DNA of 64,000 nt, taken from positions 10,375,947-10,439,946 of the forward strand of contig NC_134030.1 in the NCBI RefSeq assembly GCF_964204645.1, read 5' to 3'. The stretch is from Tubulanus polymorphus. Lineage: Eukaryota; Animalia; Nemertea. The notes beneath the pieces were generated by a model. That model searched no databases. It was not told the origin of the DNA and saw only the letters and a program-made list of their open reading frames with translations. Made by a program: the position numbers and the translations under genes. Shown here in pieces: positions 26,397 to 41,650 of this stretch (positions are counted from its first letter, which is position 1; every line of letters starts with the position of its first letter).

Positions 26397-26777
26397 GTAG
26401 GTCTACTTAACTGATGATTGAATACTAACACAGGGCCAAGGCCGTTTATTGGCCCCAAATATCTGAAAGCTACTGCGACTGGACTCGAGGCTCTTCACGC
26501 CAGAGTCGGACATAATGCCACGTTTTCGTGTGTCGTAGTTTCTGTAATTTTGATTTTTCCGCCGCAAGGTTGTTGGCCCTATGCACAAGCCCCAATCTAG
26601 AGGACCAGGAGTCTGGTTTTCATCTGACTTCCTTCCTTCTGCCTGTCAGGCCTACGAGGAGTTTCCACTCCCAACGGCATAGCCCCCAGGTCTTTGATGA
26701 AGTAGTACACAAGCAACAACTTAGCAGACTCGCAGTAACAGCTACGAATCGTTGAAAATTGTTCCTTCTTCTTTCAG

Positions 26778-26948
26778 GGAAATTCAGCAACGGCTAACCT
26801 CGTGATGAGTACGCGCCCGGATGTGTTTCGGTCGCCTTTAGCGATGACGAATTGGACGGGAATCTTCGATCTCGTACAAAGTACCGGTCTTTTCAAATAC
26901 ACGGATATAATGGCGTTTTGTCAAGAAAATATCGGTGTTTTCATGTCA
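26778..26948 (+). CDS. TMEM245: TMEM245 exon 8
   Basis: Reads ...DIMAFCQENIGVFMS; donor GTGAGT; phases 0/0. Confidence 0.85.
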
Positions 26949-27602
26949 GTGAGTATAAAATCAGAATGAGTCATCCAAGTGTCTTTAGGAATCAACTTGT
27001 TTTTAGAATTGGGGGAGGGGTGCTGAATAGTGAAATAGCATGGTATTTCCATATATATATTGACTCCTATGCATATTCTGTATCCACGAAATCATTTCAT
27101 GTTCCATGATTGTGGTGAGTTCAAGGTCATTAGTTTCTGTATACTTTCACCAGGGTGTGTTGAATATTGAAATTCTCAGATTTTCAAGCATTTCACCAAG
27201 TGGCAATATTGTCTGTGGACCCCTAGTTCTATTCAGATTGGTATCTATGGATATTTTAGTAACACAATTAATTGCAAGGCCATAGCTCATGACATCTTCT
27301 ATCGTTGTAGTGAGTATCAAGGCCATTGGTTTCTGTATATGTACACCCGGGGGTATTGAGTGGTGATAACATGTTATGTCCATACATATTGGGAACTATT
27401 ACATGCTTTGAAACCAAAATAAAAACTGTAGCTTACCACATATTCTATGATTGTGGTGAGTTTCAAAGTCATTCATTTCTGTCTATGTCCATCAGAGGGT
27501 AGCGAGTATTTAAATAACTAGATTGTCAAGCTATTTACCCAGTGAGCATGATGTCCCGGGACCCCTTGTCCTTTAATTACTATGTTATGTTTTCTATTGT
27601 AG

Positions 27603-27725
27603 GTTTTGGAATCTATCTGGGTTGTGCTGAGTGGCAATATCAGCCTTGTGATAAACATTGCAACTGCTATATTGTCAGTTGTATTCGGAGGCGGAACTGC
27701 GATTCTTAACTTTGTCATTTCATCT
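27603..27725 (+). CDS. TMEM245: TMEM245 exon 9
   Basis: Reads VLESIWVVLSGNISL...GGTAILNFVISS; donor GTAAGT. Confidence 0.9.
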
Positions 27726-28319
27726 GTAAGTGTAGTGCTAGAAGGAGGATCATGCCGAAGTCTCAAGTTTAGTTACTTAGTCTTCGGTAATAACTCATAT
27801 AGGTCACCACAGCGACGATCACTATGTTCATTCCTTATCCATCTGAAAACTTATACTTAGTAAATTAAATTGGTGATATACCAATTTGGAACTACTGCCT
27901 CTTGGAATAACAGATTTATCAAATTTCTCTTCTTAACCTTTTCAGTGCTGCATAATCAATACACGAACGTGCTAAAGATGACTTGAAAATGTTTATACCC
28001 CAAAAAGATTCTACCCCAGTGTGTTGATTAACGGGCATACTTCTAGTGCCTCTATACCATGGTGCTGTGCATCGTTAGTTACTAATATTTCGCTATGTTT
28101 GACAGGTGTTGCCTTTTTTCAATAGAGATAAAACTTATTACTAATAACATCAATACTTTGCGATGCGGTGTGCTAGCAAAGTAATTGCACTGCAGTGTAG
28201 ATGCACTCAAAGGGATAAGTTGTCATGTAAACTAATTATGACTCGCAATTAACTCTAACTCCCAGCTGTAGTTAATTCCTAAACATTCTCGGCCTCAGCA
28301 GTCGACCAAACAATAACTA

Positions 28320-29018
<699 letters not shown>

Positions 29019-29372
29019 TGAAATTGTTAGCATACTTCATTCCTAATTTCAACAAGGGCTCACAATGCACCTAAATACATCTAATTTTTCAAAATTTTCT
29101 GTATTTATTCTATCATGTAAGTGTGTAAACTTCCTGTCTTTCCTGTTTTTTAAATCTTTTGGGAATTTGTCAGATTTTCCTCTAATTCGGAAACATGTGG
29201 GAAATTCATTTAACACTTCATGTAGCTTCGCTAGTGTTAATCTCCTAATTATTGGGCCGTGTGTCCGTAACAAACCCCTGCTGTAAATGAACGAAAGACT
29301 TGCATTGCTATAATGACATAATAACAGACTTTGATCACACAATTCTCTTGAAAAAACAAATAAATTAAATGA

Positions 29373-29705
<333 letters not shown>

Positions 29706-29939
29706 TAATGCCATTGGTTGGCATTATTACCCATCTCGGACTTTGTACCAGAAATCTTGTATCGATCATCTCTCCCTGACAGATAGATTTAAGACCAGTC
29801 TCTAAGATCATCTTAGTTTTATAGACAATCCAACAACTTTATACCAGTTTTAAGGATTAAAACCTTTTTTGGACTTTTGTCACGACTGTGCAACTGGGTC
29901 CTTTACTGGTCGAGGCTGCAGATTGATCTGAATTCCTGA

Positions 29940-30179
<240 letters not shown>

Positions 30180-30568
30180 TGAAAATATATGTGCAGTCAA
30201 TTGCCTTACTCGGAAAAACTGCTGAAGTTGGTGAATTATCCTGAAATTTATATGGAACGACCTTCTATTTTTCCAATTCATAAATCAGATATTTGCAGTC
30301 CCAACGCGGTACTGAGTAAGCCAGGGGCCGGTTCCATAGTCATGGCGTAGACTTAAGCCCAGTCTAAGACCATGTTAGTTCTATAGCCAATCTAACAACA
30401 ATTAAGACCAATCTTAAGACTTAAGCCCACTTTTGGACTTAAGTCTTGACTGTGGAGCTGGCCCCAGGAGTCTACTGTGTCAATAAAATTTTAAGCCAAA
30501 GGTGCCACATTTCTACTTCATCGGTCATAATGATTGTCATCTGTATGTACATATCGTTGTTGTTACAG

Positions 30569-30617
30569 ATGTTCGACCGCGAGCAGTTGACAGGAAAGTT
30601 CAATTCAATTTGCAAAG
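30569..30617 (+). CDS. TMEM245: TMEM245 probable exon 13
   Basis: ttacag|AT...AAAG|GTAGG. Reads DVRPRAVDRKVQFNLQ; phase-compatible (1/2). Confidence 0.6.
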
Positions 30618-31028
30618 GTAGGCCCGATTGATTCTTCTTACTTCAGTATACGTCGCGATATACCTATCCCGCTCACTTTTTAAAGTCATTGGACGAGTTG
30701 GTTTTTATTCTGATTTATATTTAATTCGAAGATTCAGAGCTCAATCTACTGACAATTAGTAATGTATAAGTATGTATATAGCGTAGCATTCCTAGAGAAA
30801 CCCACCCATACATATACAACACATTTATATCCCGATCAAACTAGCCTTTAACTACAAAGCCTAACTCTGATCACATAAGATCCAACCCTATTGTCATAAG
30901 GAATCAGTAACCAGTAACCATCGAATTTTCAGTAGGGGAATTTTTGCGACATAGGTGTCCTTAAGATCATTAAGACTGATCACACCAGTCAAGCACAATC
31001 GTTAGGATCGGACGTGTTCTATTTCTAA

Positions 31029-31788
31029 AGGGGGGCTCAGATCGACCTTACGACGCGACTCAACTGGTCGGCGACTGGTTTTCCGGCGACTACCGCCGAT
31101 CGTCGCACGATTTTCGTCGCCGATTCTAGTCGATCTGAGTCTAGCTACGACTGTCGTGCGACAGTTTTTCACGATCGGCGACTGAATCGCAGGAGTTGAA
31201 CATGTTCTACTTCTACGACGCGACGGAACCAGTCGCCGACTCGTCGTCGTCGATGTGCGTGTTTCTGCGATGAGTTGCTGACTCCACAACTAATTTCAGC
31301 CAATCGGAGCGGCGGATCAAAAATGAACATGGCGACCTCATGGCCCGCCAAATATGAAGGAAAGCTCATTGTTATTGTGAGAAGAGAAACACAGCCTCCA
31401 TATACTTTCCACGACATTTTTGCATGTTGATAATAAAAAACCTTTGATGAATAACCTAAAATCATGAATATTATTTGAATCACTCTAAAAATTTCAATTT
31501 TTCTCTGACAATAATTCTGCTAAATAGATGGAGAGTTTATGGAATAAAAATGGCATACATATTGTTATTTTTTATTGGGAGATATGTGCACGTAACTTTG
31601 AATGGGTCACGTGATCTACTCGTTGGGAGCCCACGACTCGGTGTATCGGTGTCGATGTGAGCGCGCTCACGTCCAGTCGTTATGACCAATAGCAACTGGT
31701 CGCCGATTATCGCTGAATTCGATCTGAGTGCAATCTACGATAGTCGCCGACAGTTGAGTCGCGTCGTAAGGTCGATCTGAGCCCGGCT
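31029..31788. mobile_element. PIF/Harbinger-like MITE (760 bp)
   Basis: TAA TSD (31026-28, 31789-91). ~48-bp TIRs AG(GG/CC)GGGCTCAGATCGACCTTACGACGCGACTCAACTG. Confidence 0.85.
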
Positions 31789-31886
31789 TAACAACGATCG
31801 GACCGGAACGGATCTTTAGTGACCTGAGAGTACTCACAACCGACCGTAAGGTCGTAGCCAATTAACAGCAATGACGCATCACTTAA

Positions 31887-32097
31887 TCCTTTTGCTGCAT
31901 ACACACGTGCACTCCCAGTGCGTATTGCATTTTCATTAAAAAAATCTGAATTTTCGACCTGAAATTGTCTCGCATGCGTTTCTTTCCTCTACGCGGGTTT
32001 GAGCTCAAAATCAACAGGTCCAACATTTCCAAAAAGGCATACGCACATCGGGTACAACCCGTATGACGTTTTCAAAATGTCATGTGCAGCAAAAGGG
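31887..32097. mobile_element. piggyBac-like MITE (second small family)
   Basis: TTAA-TCCTTTTGCTGCA ... TGCAGCAAAAGGG-TTTTAA. Confidence 0.6.
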
Positions 32098-32485
32098 TTT
32101 TAAGCATTCCATTCAAAATGATCGCGGATCTTACGTGACCTGATGAGTGTAGCTGAGATCCGAATAAACGAGTCTCGGCTGAATCAGCGACTCGACCTCG
32201 CGATGTGACACTAGCGTTCTTAAGACCGAATCGCCGACGATCGGATCGGATCGGATCTTGGCGCGACCCGAGTTAGGCTTCAGTTATAGAAATACAGACT
32301 CTTTCCAACCGCCTCGATATAATTGACGTTTGATGTTGAAATGATGTGTTTTTAGGGAGTTACTATTCCCGATTCGATCTGTCAGGTAACGACGAAAATT
32401 TCGTAAGAAATTCGCTCCTTATTTTAATAAAGATCAAGCGCATGGTGTGAATCGATCGTGACCGGGGACGGCGTATAATACAAAC

Positions 32486-32486
<1 letters not shown>

Positions 32487-32521
<35 letters not shown>
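32487..32521. repeat. (TA)n microsatellite
   Basis: About 17 TA units. Confidence 0.95.
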
Positions 32522-32523
<2 letters not shown>

Positions 32524-34704
32524 CTATTCAAATCAACCATAAATTTACACAACTTCGGTACCGGGAGCAAATGATTATTTGTATTTCTATATAGCGAGAT
32601 ACATGCGTGTACAATTGTTCACGACGTTGAGATTCAGTTTTTGCGATGTTTGTGTGTTGGAAAACCCATGGTCGTTGGTAGATGCTCTTCCAAAGCAAAG
32701 ATTGCTGGCTGCCTCCAAGAATGCCTCCATAGTATCGTCGTCAATATCCGCCGTCAGTTGGACTTGTATGTTAAAATGCACGAACAGGGTGACCACTTGC
32801 CTGGAAATCAAGAATCATGGAATTTTTTCTTCTTTAAAAGAGTCGCGGAATGGTGAGGGAATTTTTTAAGAAGGCTAAAAATCAGGGAAATTTGTTATTG
32901 AGATTTCTAGGTCGTGCGTAAAATCAAACAGTTCCGTCCATATCTTATATATCTGACTGTGTTTATTGATTGGATTCTTAGCAGATCAAGTCAGAGAAAA
33001 CAACCTCCATGTCAGAAAACGATTAGGAAAAAATCGGGGGAAAGCAAAAGCAAGTGAAATGAAAGTGGCCACCCTGAAGAAGCTGTTTGGTTATTTCAGT
33101 TGACTACTGAAAATGATTCGTGTCCGAGGGTAATTCTATTGAGGTTTATTTCGAAGAAAAGACTTTGATTACTGCAAATTGTTCTCGACCTAGAGAAATA
33201 TTTACAGTCCCAACTTCACAGAATAAAGCGCTGTCTACTTACAGAATAAAGCGCTGTCTACTTACAGAGTAAAGCGTTGGTTACTGTTATTAGATGCCAC
33301 TTCAGTATTTTCCGATATCATGGGGGCTTCATGGAGGCGACGAATCTTTCGTTAAAGGGTCTAAAAGATAGCTTTGTGGTTGATAATCATAAAACTGGAT
33401 GGGAGCACACACATGAATATATAGTATATCACATATATATTCATAGCACATGTACGTATTTTTTATACCTGGTATATCGGCTTTTAGTACACGTACATAG
33501 ATTTAGAGTTATCTCTATTTTTGCCCGCAAGTTATTCGTCCTCTTGAGTGCAGTGTATTTGACACCTCGACGAACGCGTCTCTATCTCTTAAGTTTTCCC
33601 CACGAATGAATATCCGATTTAACCACGTACTCCTTGTACAAAATGTATACACATCCTCACAGGTACAGAAGACTCCGCCTATAGCCATACCGGTCCCTTC
33701 AGTTATCCATTCAAATGATAAAAAGATTTTCTGTCCCTACTAGTTGTCGATGCGAAAAACTATTCAGGTATTTGTCTATACCGGTAACATTTTGCTGCTA
33801 TAGGCGCAATTCTTTAGTACAGACTCATATACCTACACTTACTTAGGGTAAGTTGTTAACCACTAAGTAGGTATCTACTTAATAACAAGGGGTGATACCA
33901 ATTGGTTAGATTCCTTAGAGAAATGGGTAAAAGACCCTAATCCATAGGTGTCCCATTGGGGGTCTGAGCAAAAGAAGCGAAGTTCACGAAAAATGACAGC
34001 GAAAAGCAAAAAGTGGCTGCTCTTAAACGCATCGAAATTTAGAAACTTGCTCTCTTGGAGAGGGTCCCAAATCCCCAAAAGTTGGGTTATATATTCATCC
34101 CCTCTTTGAAAAAATTCTGAACGACACTCTTGGAAATCTCATTCTCTAGGCAAATGGTATTCGAGTCTCTGACCTGTGAGGGTTAAGTATACACGGGTAG
34201 CTATATTTGATGATTTTGTTATTCTTTGAGTGTTTAGTACTACCCGTATTCATTTGCGATTATGTAGGTATAGTATCCTATTCAAACGATCAATAACCCT
34301 TTCAGTGCGTCTATACCGCAGTGCGGTGTATATATCAGTGATGCGCTTAGCTAGTACACCGCATCGTAATCAGTTTTATATCTCCATCGAAAGATGGCCC
34401 CACTTGTCTGTCAAAGGAATTGGAAAATCGATAACTAACAATACACCGCACTGTGGTGTAGACACACTAAAAAAGTAAGCCCGCTATTCAAAACACTGGG
34501 CTGGAGTCTTATGAAAATTTTCAAATTATCTCCAGCACTTTCGGGTATCAATTCGTCAGCGCTAAAAGGGTTAAAACGATTGAAATTCAGGCTGAGTCTT
34601 TAGAAAATTTTCAAATTATCTCCAGCACTTTCAGGTATCAATTCGTCAGCGCTAAAAGGGTTAAAACGATTGAAATTCAGGCTTTATAATTTTGTTCTCT
34701 TTAG

Positions 34705-34816
34705 CGATGCTGGAAGTAGCAATAACTGCAATAGCGGCGGCAGTGACGGCAACAACGGTAGCAATGATCCTGCAGTTGTCACGGCGGAACCGGCGTCTGC
34801 CGAGTCAGTATGCTAA
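34705..34816 (+). CDS. TMEM245: TMEM245 candidate terminal coding exon (gives an 880-aa protein)
   Basis: Strong polypyrimidine/TAG acceptor. Phase-2 frame SDAGSSNNCNSGG...AESVC* is open. An alternative candidate exon lies at 36519-36604. Confidence 0.5.
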
Positions 34817-37800
34817 CAAACTGATTTGGACTGGTTTTTTCTGAAATCACGTATTTTCTTAACCGGAAACTAATCAAACAATCATCAAATTTTTTGCTTG
34901 CATTTCAACCATTGATTCAAATATTCCGAAGCATGTGTGTGATTGTGAAACTAGTCCATATACAAGGTCTCTGATCTCTTGATAGCACTAATATTGATAA
35001 TTTCTAGTAGCCTAATCTCGTCCTGTTTTGTTTTTTAGTTCTTTCCCAAATTCTCCCCAATCACTATTCACTTACTCTTCAATTGTATTTCGATGATGGA
35101 CTGATTGTGGACTGGTTCAGTCCATTGTTGAAACTGGTTAACCTCTCTCTCTTTCCTTAGATTCTAAGCAAAGCATGCATTATACGTACTGACACAAACC
35201 ACATTTTTCCTTTTTGATAGTTTTTCGTCGCTTTCATTTACCGTAATAGCGTTTGAATTTAACAGTGTTCAGTTCTTCAAAAGATGTTTGAAGTTGATAA
35301 CTGTTGTAGTGACTATTAAAACTACATTGCAATACCATGGTGTTGATAAGTCTTAAACCCACTACACGCATTTACATATTGAAGGAAAATAAGGGGAAAA
35401 AGAAACAAACAGATTAAAAGATAAAAAACAAATTTCAATTATCAAAAATTAAATCAAATCATTCATGTTTGATGAAAAAAATTTGATTTTGATCTTTTAA
35501 ACAATGTATATAGTGGGTTTTAAACTGATCATCTATTCCCCACGTCAGAGTGTATGGGCTATTCTTCTACCATGCTGTTAACGTCAACCAACTTTAGAAC
35601 AACTGATCCCTGCACTTTATATAAAGTTATTGTGGACTTGTTTCTTAGATAGTAAACGTTAAAACCTGGGGAACATGTACTGGCGGTGACTTTGAATCCT
35701 ACAATTTTCTTTCCTTAGGTTTTAAGGATACTCTGCAAGGGCGGATATAGGATTTTTAGAAAGGGGTTGCGCCAACTTGAACGTCAAGTTAAGCGCTACT
35801 TATGAAAATGATAAATCCAGAAATGCTTTTTTCCTGCCTTAAAACAACAAAGGGGATCAGTGTTTGAGAAAATTCCTTCCAATTCCTCCCTAAAACAGTG
35901 GCGGATCCGGGGGTGTCCGCGGGGTGTGGACATTCCCCTTGAAATGTTTAAGTCCCTTAAAATTCCATCCTCAAATATTCCAGGCTGAATATTTTCTGAA
36001 GAACGATAAAAAGATTAAGATTGAACATCTGAGAAATATCAAAATTTTGTCGAATCAGGCCTGGGCCGAGCTTTTTTGAGGAGTAGTTCTATTTCAAGAA
36101 AAAGGGGCAGAGTACCTGAATAAATCATTTCAGAATGAATTACTTTTTTTCCTAAAAAAAAACATGAAAATTGTATCAAAATTTTTTCGAAAAATCTTAA
36201 CCCAACTGACTTTCTGGAGGGCACTTTGATGAAATTTTAGGGGGTTTGTTCGCTAACTTGACACCCCTCTTTTCTTTGACCTTGGATTGGCTGCTGTAAA
36301 ATCCGCCCTTGATCTAGATTAGTTTCTTATTGTAGTAGTTTATCTTTCTGAAGTTAAGTGTATTAGGCCCTATTTGATATTCAAATAGAACTGGATTTGG
36401 TCTTTACCTAGCTAACATGTCTTTCTTTAAAACGAGGATAGACCGATACGGTTTTAGTCCATTTCGCATTGTACGTAATAGTTGGATATTTTTCTATATT
36501 CTCTCACGCCGCGTTCAGGCAACGAACGAGTTGTCCGGATATAAGCGATCATGATCGTCGAACCATCGACCGATTACACTCGCAATACGGTCCCGAATTA
36601 TAGGGTAAGACATACGTAACCTTCACAGTCTGTGTGTTCAGTATTGACCGGGCCCGTAGCCATTTAGGTCAGGCACATTTCGCGTAAGAAGAGTAGCCAC
36701 CACCAGCAGTAAATAACCCGCAACCTGTTTCAATGAATAACTTAGTGCCAGTGGCATTGGAACCGTAGTAACTGCAGCAGCGCCGCAGCAATAATTTACT
36801 GAATGGCATTGTTTTTCTTTCTAGACAGTACTATTTTTTTCTTTGACAAAATTGATGTAGATTTTGAAGTGGCAATATAAGAACCTGTCAAAAATCGGCA
36901 ATTGGCCGCGGCAATCAAAAATTGCTTCCAACGCGCCTGAGTACGTACGCCCTGAAGGGGATTTCAATATCATTATAAAAGTATAGATTGGTGGGTGGGG
37001 TTCGTGCCATAATAGACATACTTTATTTGGGGTAGGGGTAGAAATAGTTTGTACTTCATGTGCGGTACGGGAGTGGTTTTTCATGAACGTGATAAAATTT
37101 TCAATTCAACCTTTTCAGTGCATCTAACTGCGGTGTAGAAATCGGTAATGGACTTTGCTAGTACACCGCGCTGTGGTGTAGAAGCACTGTAGTGGTAAGC
37201 CTGTTATTCAACACACTGGGGTGGAACATTTTGAAATTTTCTATCTCAGCACTTTCGGGAATTAATTAGTCAGCACTGAAAAGGTTAATATTCGTATATT
37301 TCTAAATAATTGTTTCCAGACATCATATAATTATACATTGATTCATTGTTCCTTAAATGGGGAGGGTGTTATAGTACGTACGCTTAGGTGGGTTCTAGAA
37401 AATTTAAGATTGAAATTTTTAGCATGCATACTTTAAGCACGGCCCCTTACGTAACATGAAAGGTTGAACAGTAGTACAGTCGGTATTGTGGTACCCTGGT
37501 AATGAAACAGAAACCAGCTCACAAAGAACTAGTTCATCGGAACTGCATTGAAGTTGTTATTTGAATTGTTATGCTTTGTAAAGCGCTGTGATTAAATTCC
37601 ATTTGTACGGCACTTTATAAGAAAATGAATTATTATTATTATTATATTTTGAATATGGCATACAATCGGTTACCTGGCAAATCGCAGTTACTAGAATAAA
37701 TGTTCACCATTTGGTGATATAAAAGAACGGGGTTCATCTCGGTGATCCCGCTGGCTACGGACCCGGCATTCTTGTCAGTCTTGTCAGGTGATAAGTGCAA

Positions 37801-40800
37801 GTTACTGGTACAAGGTTGATTTCACTGTGGTCTCGGCTTTTTGAATTGAATATAATATTCAGTTGATTTAGGTGACAAATTACTTAAGTTTGTAAAAAGG
37901 TAAATATGCAGGCAGAACTGTTATTTTCTCCTAGCTTTCTGCTGCCATGCTTTTGGGCCACTATCATTGATCATATTTACAATGCTTAGCTGTTTTCATA
38001 AATTTTCGATTTTTCCTGGTGATTCTTGCTATGAATTGTTGGAAGAATGCCGTTGGTCCCACATCTCATTGGTCCCACAATTTATTTGACGTGTCATTGG
38101 TCCCACGTATCATTTAAGTCCCACGTCTCATTGGTCCCACGATCAACCTAGAACATAAAACAGGTGTGAAAATCAATACGCCAATTCAGTATGGCCCTGG
38201 TGTGATTATATGTAACTAGGAGTATGGTGCCTGGACTGGGTCCAGTACCTTGTAGATGTGGGACCAATGAGATGTGGGGCTTATGAGACGTGGAATAGAT
38301 TGTGGGACCAATGAGACGTGGGACTATCCCCGAATTGTTAATCCGAGTGCTCTTTATTAAGTAAATACAATTAAGAAAATATTGGAATTTCAATTGAAAA
38401 ACTCGTTAACCTTTTCTGTACCTCATTTCCAAACCTGAAATTGTGTATATTAATTACTAGGGCAGGCTGTATACAACGTGAACTGGAAAGCTCAATAACT
38501 GAAAATAAAACCCAGCTTGACTTAGATCAGTTGATTTTTGTAACCCCCCCTCCACCATTTCTGACCAAAAGTTTTTCAACTAATCTGTTATTCTGTGTGT
38601 GTTCGGTCGTTTCCTGCTGAATGTCACAATTTAGATACCAGACAAAAGGGTTAATTCTTTAGATACGAAATGTTTCGAATCACTTATTGTGAACCTGGTT
38701 CTGGCAATTATTAGTTATTGCGGTATATTCGTGAGTGTTGCTGGCAGTGCTAGAAAATACAATTGAATGATATAATCAGAATTCCACATTAAAGACGAAG
38801 AAATTAAGTCGGAAAAGGTTTCCTTAGGCTGGTAGTTTATTTGACATTTCGACTATAAACTTATAGTGATCTTCAGGAATACTGAACAAGCTAAAGAAGT
38901 TACAGTCTAAAGCAGATTTGATAAATCTGCTTTAGCTTGTGACTATGTCATACCATTCCTTAGTTTGTATCATTTTTTATTACCGGGGTACTTAAAATTA
39001 CCAGTAAGTCTCTTTGTTCTGGATTGTTTCCTAATTTCTCTTGTAACTCAGTATTCCCGGAGATGACTATAAGTATATAGTCGAAACGTCGAATAAAACT
39101 ACTAGCTCAAAGAAACATTTTCCGACAAAATTTTTTCGTCTTTACTGTGGAATTCTCATGTTATATTATCATCACTCTATAGTGTTTTACCAATGGTGTA
39201 CAGTTGAAATTGAAGACTTTATCATCGATTTTTGACTTTTTTCCCATTAATTTTAATTACAGGGCAAACAGCACGTTTTCATAGATGACGAAAACTACTT
39301 CCAGATCTTCCCGCGCACATTTTTCGACGACGAATCAGCTGCGTCTATGAGTCATATTTCCGTGGAGAACGTAGTGTTCGGAAAGCTGTTAAATCATCAG
39401 ATTCATCGAAGGTTCATTTACTTAAAATAGTTGTTACTCAAGGAAATGAAGAAGTTGATTATAAGATACAAATAATTGATAATAACTGGATTATCAGAGA
39501 TGACAATTTTGTGATACTTTTATAAGCTAGAATTATAACACAAATTTACATTACGTTTTTTGATGAGATGTTGTAGAATTTGCTTACTAGGTAGCTAGGA
39601 TTTCTTTGGTTTTTTGCCGATGTTTTTGTGGTCACAGTCAATTTACAGTATTAAAAATGACAGGTGTTTGTTGTTACTACTGATCACTGGGTAACATTTT
39701 TGCTTTAGTAGAAAAATGTGCATTCGTATGTTTGGTCTTACGTACCTTGAACATTGCGGTACTATCCAATTACGAAAAGATTGTGGATATACCCTGCTTC
39801 TGTGTGGAGTACTGGAAATTAGTACTGGTATTGGTTTGATTGCAAGCTTTCAAGTGGCCCAACTTTTCCCTGCTTCATTGGTGAAGAAGAAGGTCCGTTT
39901 TTCCTTCTTTTTCCAAAAGATGCCAGTCCAAAAGAGATAAATATCGCAAATCTTTTGGAATGCTTATGTTAGCGTGTTTCAGATCTCCATATCCTTGGTG
40001 CAAGTTCTTGTACTGTCACCTGGGAAGGCGATGCCAATTCCTATTTTAGTGCAACATATTTTCATGGTGAAAGAGTACCAGAAAATGATAGCTGAAGATA
40101 TAGGAACATTCCTGTAGCATGGATAAAACATTATTTGTGAGAGAATTCCTCGTCATCATTTTCAGATTTTTGGCTAATAGCCATAGTTTGACCTTGCGCC
40201 AAGCCTGTCTGAAAGATGGGCATTGAACATTTGTTAGATCAGTTAGAATTGTTGCCAAGTAAACATGTTACACTTCAAGACAAGTCTAAAATATTGATAT
40301 CCATAATTTATCATTTCAAGTTTAGTTGTTAGTTTATCTATATTCAGTCCAGCCATCTAACATCCCTACTTTAGCCCTACCAAAAGAAAATTTGATCCCT
40401 ACTTTTTTCAAAGGGATCACTTGACAGCCTGCGATTGTAACTTGTATTTTGAGCTTTTAACTTTGTAACTATCATTTTGAGCTATGTTTTAATGCAGTGA
40501 TATTATGTTTGGTCAAATGCGATGTTTATATTGCCTTTTTAATGAATATTGAAAATCCTAGGGATATATGTATTCCTACGCTTAGATGTATAGTACAATT
40601 TTATCAAATAGAAATGTAGGCATTGGTTATAGTCTAGAGCTAGCTACGGGTCATAATGGGGGCCCTGAAATTCGTTACAATTTTTCCAATTCATTCGATT
40701 CATCACTCCTCTGGGTTAAGCAGAATATTGTTTAATGCAATTTTCATGTTTGTTGAAGAAATCTTTCATGTATAATATAGGCCTAATGGTTAACCGCAGA

Positions 40801-41650
40801 ACAAACCGCTAAGTAGGTGGGCTGAAGGATAAATGTTGAAAAGCTTTTCCGACTAAAACAGAGCCTATACCAAAGTACCTGAAAATCTTCAGAATTTTCC
40901 TGTATAAAGTCGTACTTAAACATGAGTTAGTAGTGATTTATAATACTTTATGATTATCAATATGATATCTCTGGTTCTCATTTTGTACATATCATGCCTA
41001 TGTATGTATGTATCTCGAGTAATGGTGGATATTTTATACTAAGAATGAAATATTGTCTGTCATGTATTTATTAAATTATTTGTCACACTTCACAATGATA
41101 ATAAATATTTAGGCTTATTGCTCCATATTTGAATTCTTTTCCTTTGTATTTTTTCCGGGTTTAAACCTAAACCTCCCGAAACCTATGAACTAAAACCCCT
41201 TAGGTCTTATGTTTAGGGGTCTTAGGTTTAATGACACCCGTATTTTTCCTTTTACTTGACCAATCCCTCAGAGGTGAAACGCTTCAAACACAGTGATCCA
41301 TTGAGGTAACAATGGCAACTGGAAAGGTCCACAACAGATATAGAGCCCAGCTTGGGTTTGATCAGTTGATTTCTGTAACCCTCACAATTTCTGAAAAAAA
41401 GTTTTTCAATTAATCTGTTATTCTGTTCGTTTGTTTACCCTGCCGAATGACACAATTTAGTGACCAGACAAAAAGGGTTTTAATTTATCAAATAAGAACT
41501 GTTTCAAATATGATTACTTACCTGGTTCTAGATCCCAGTGAAGTAGCTACCTGAAAATCTTCAAGATACCAACATATTTCTGTATAAAGTTGTGCTAGAA
41601 CGTAGGTATATGTAAGTATGTGTATCTAGTAATGGTGGATATTTTATGCT

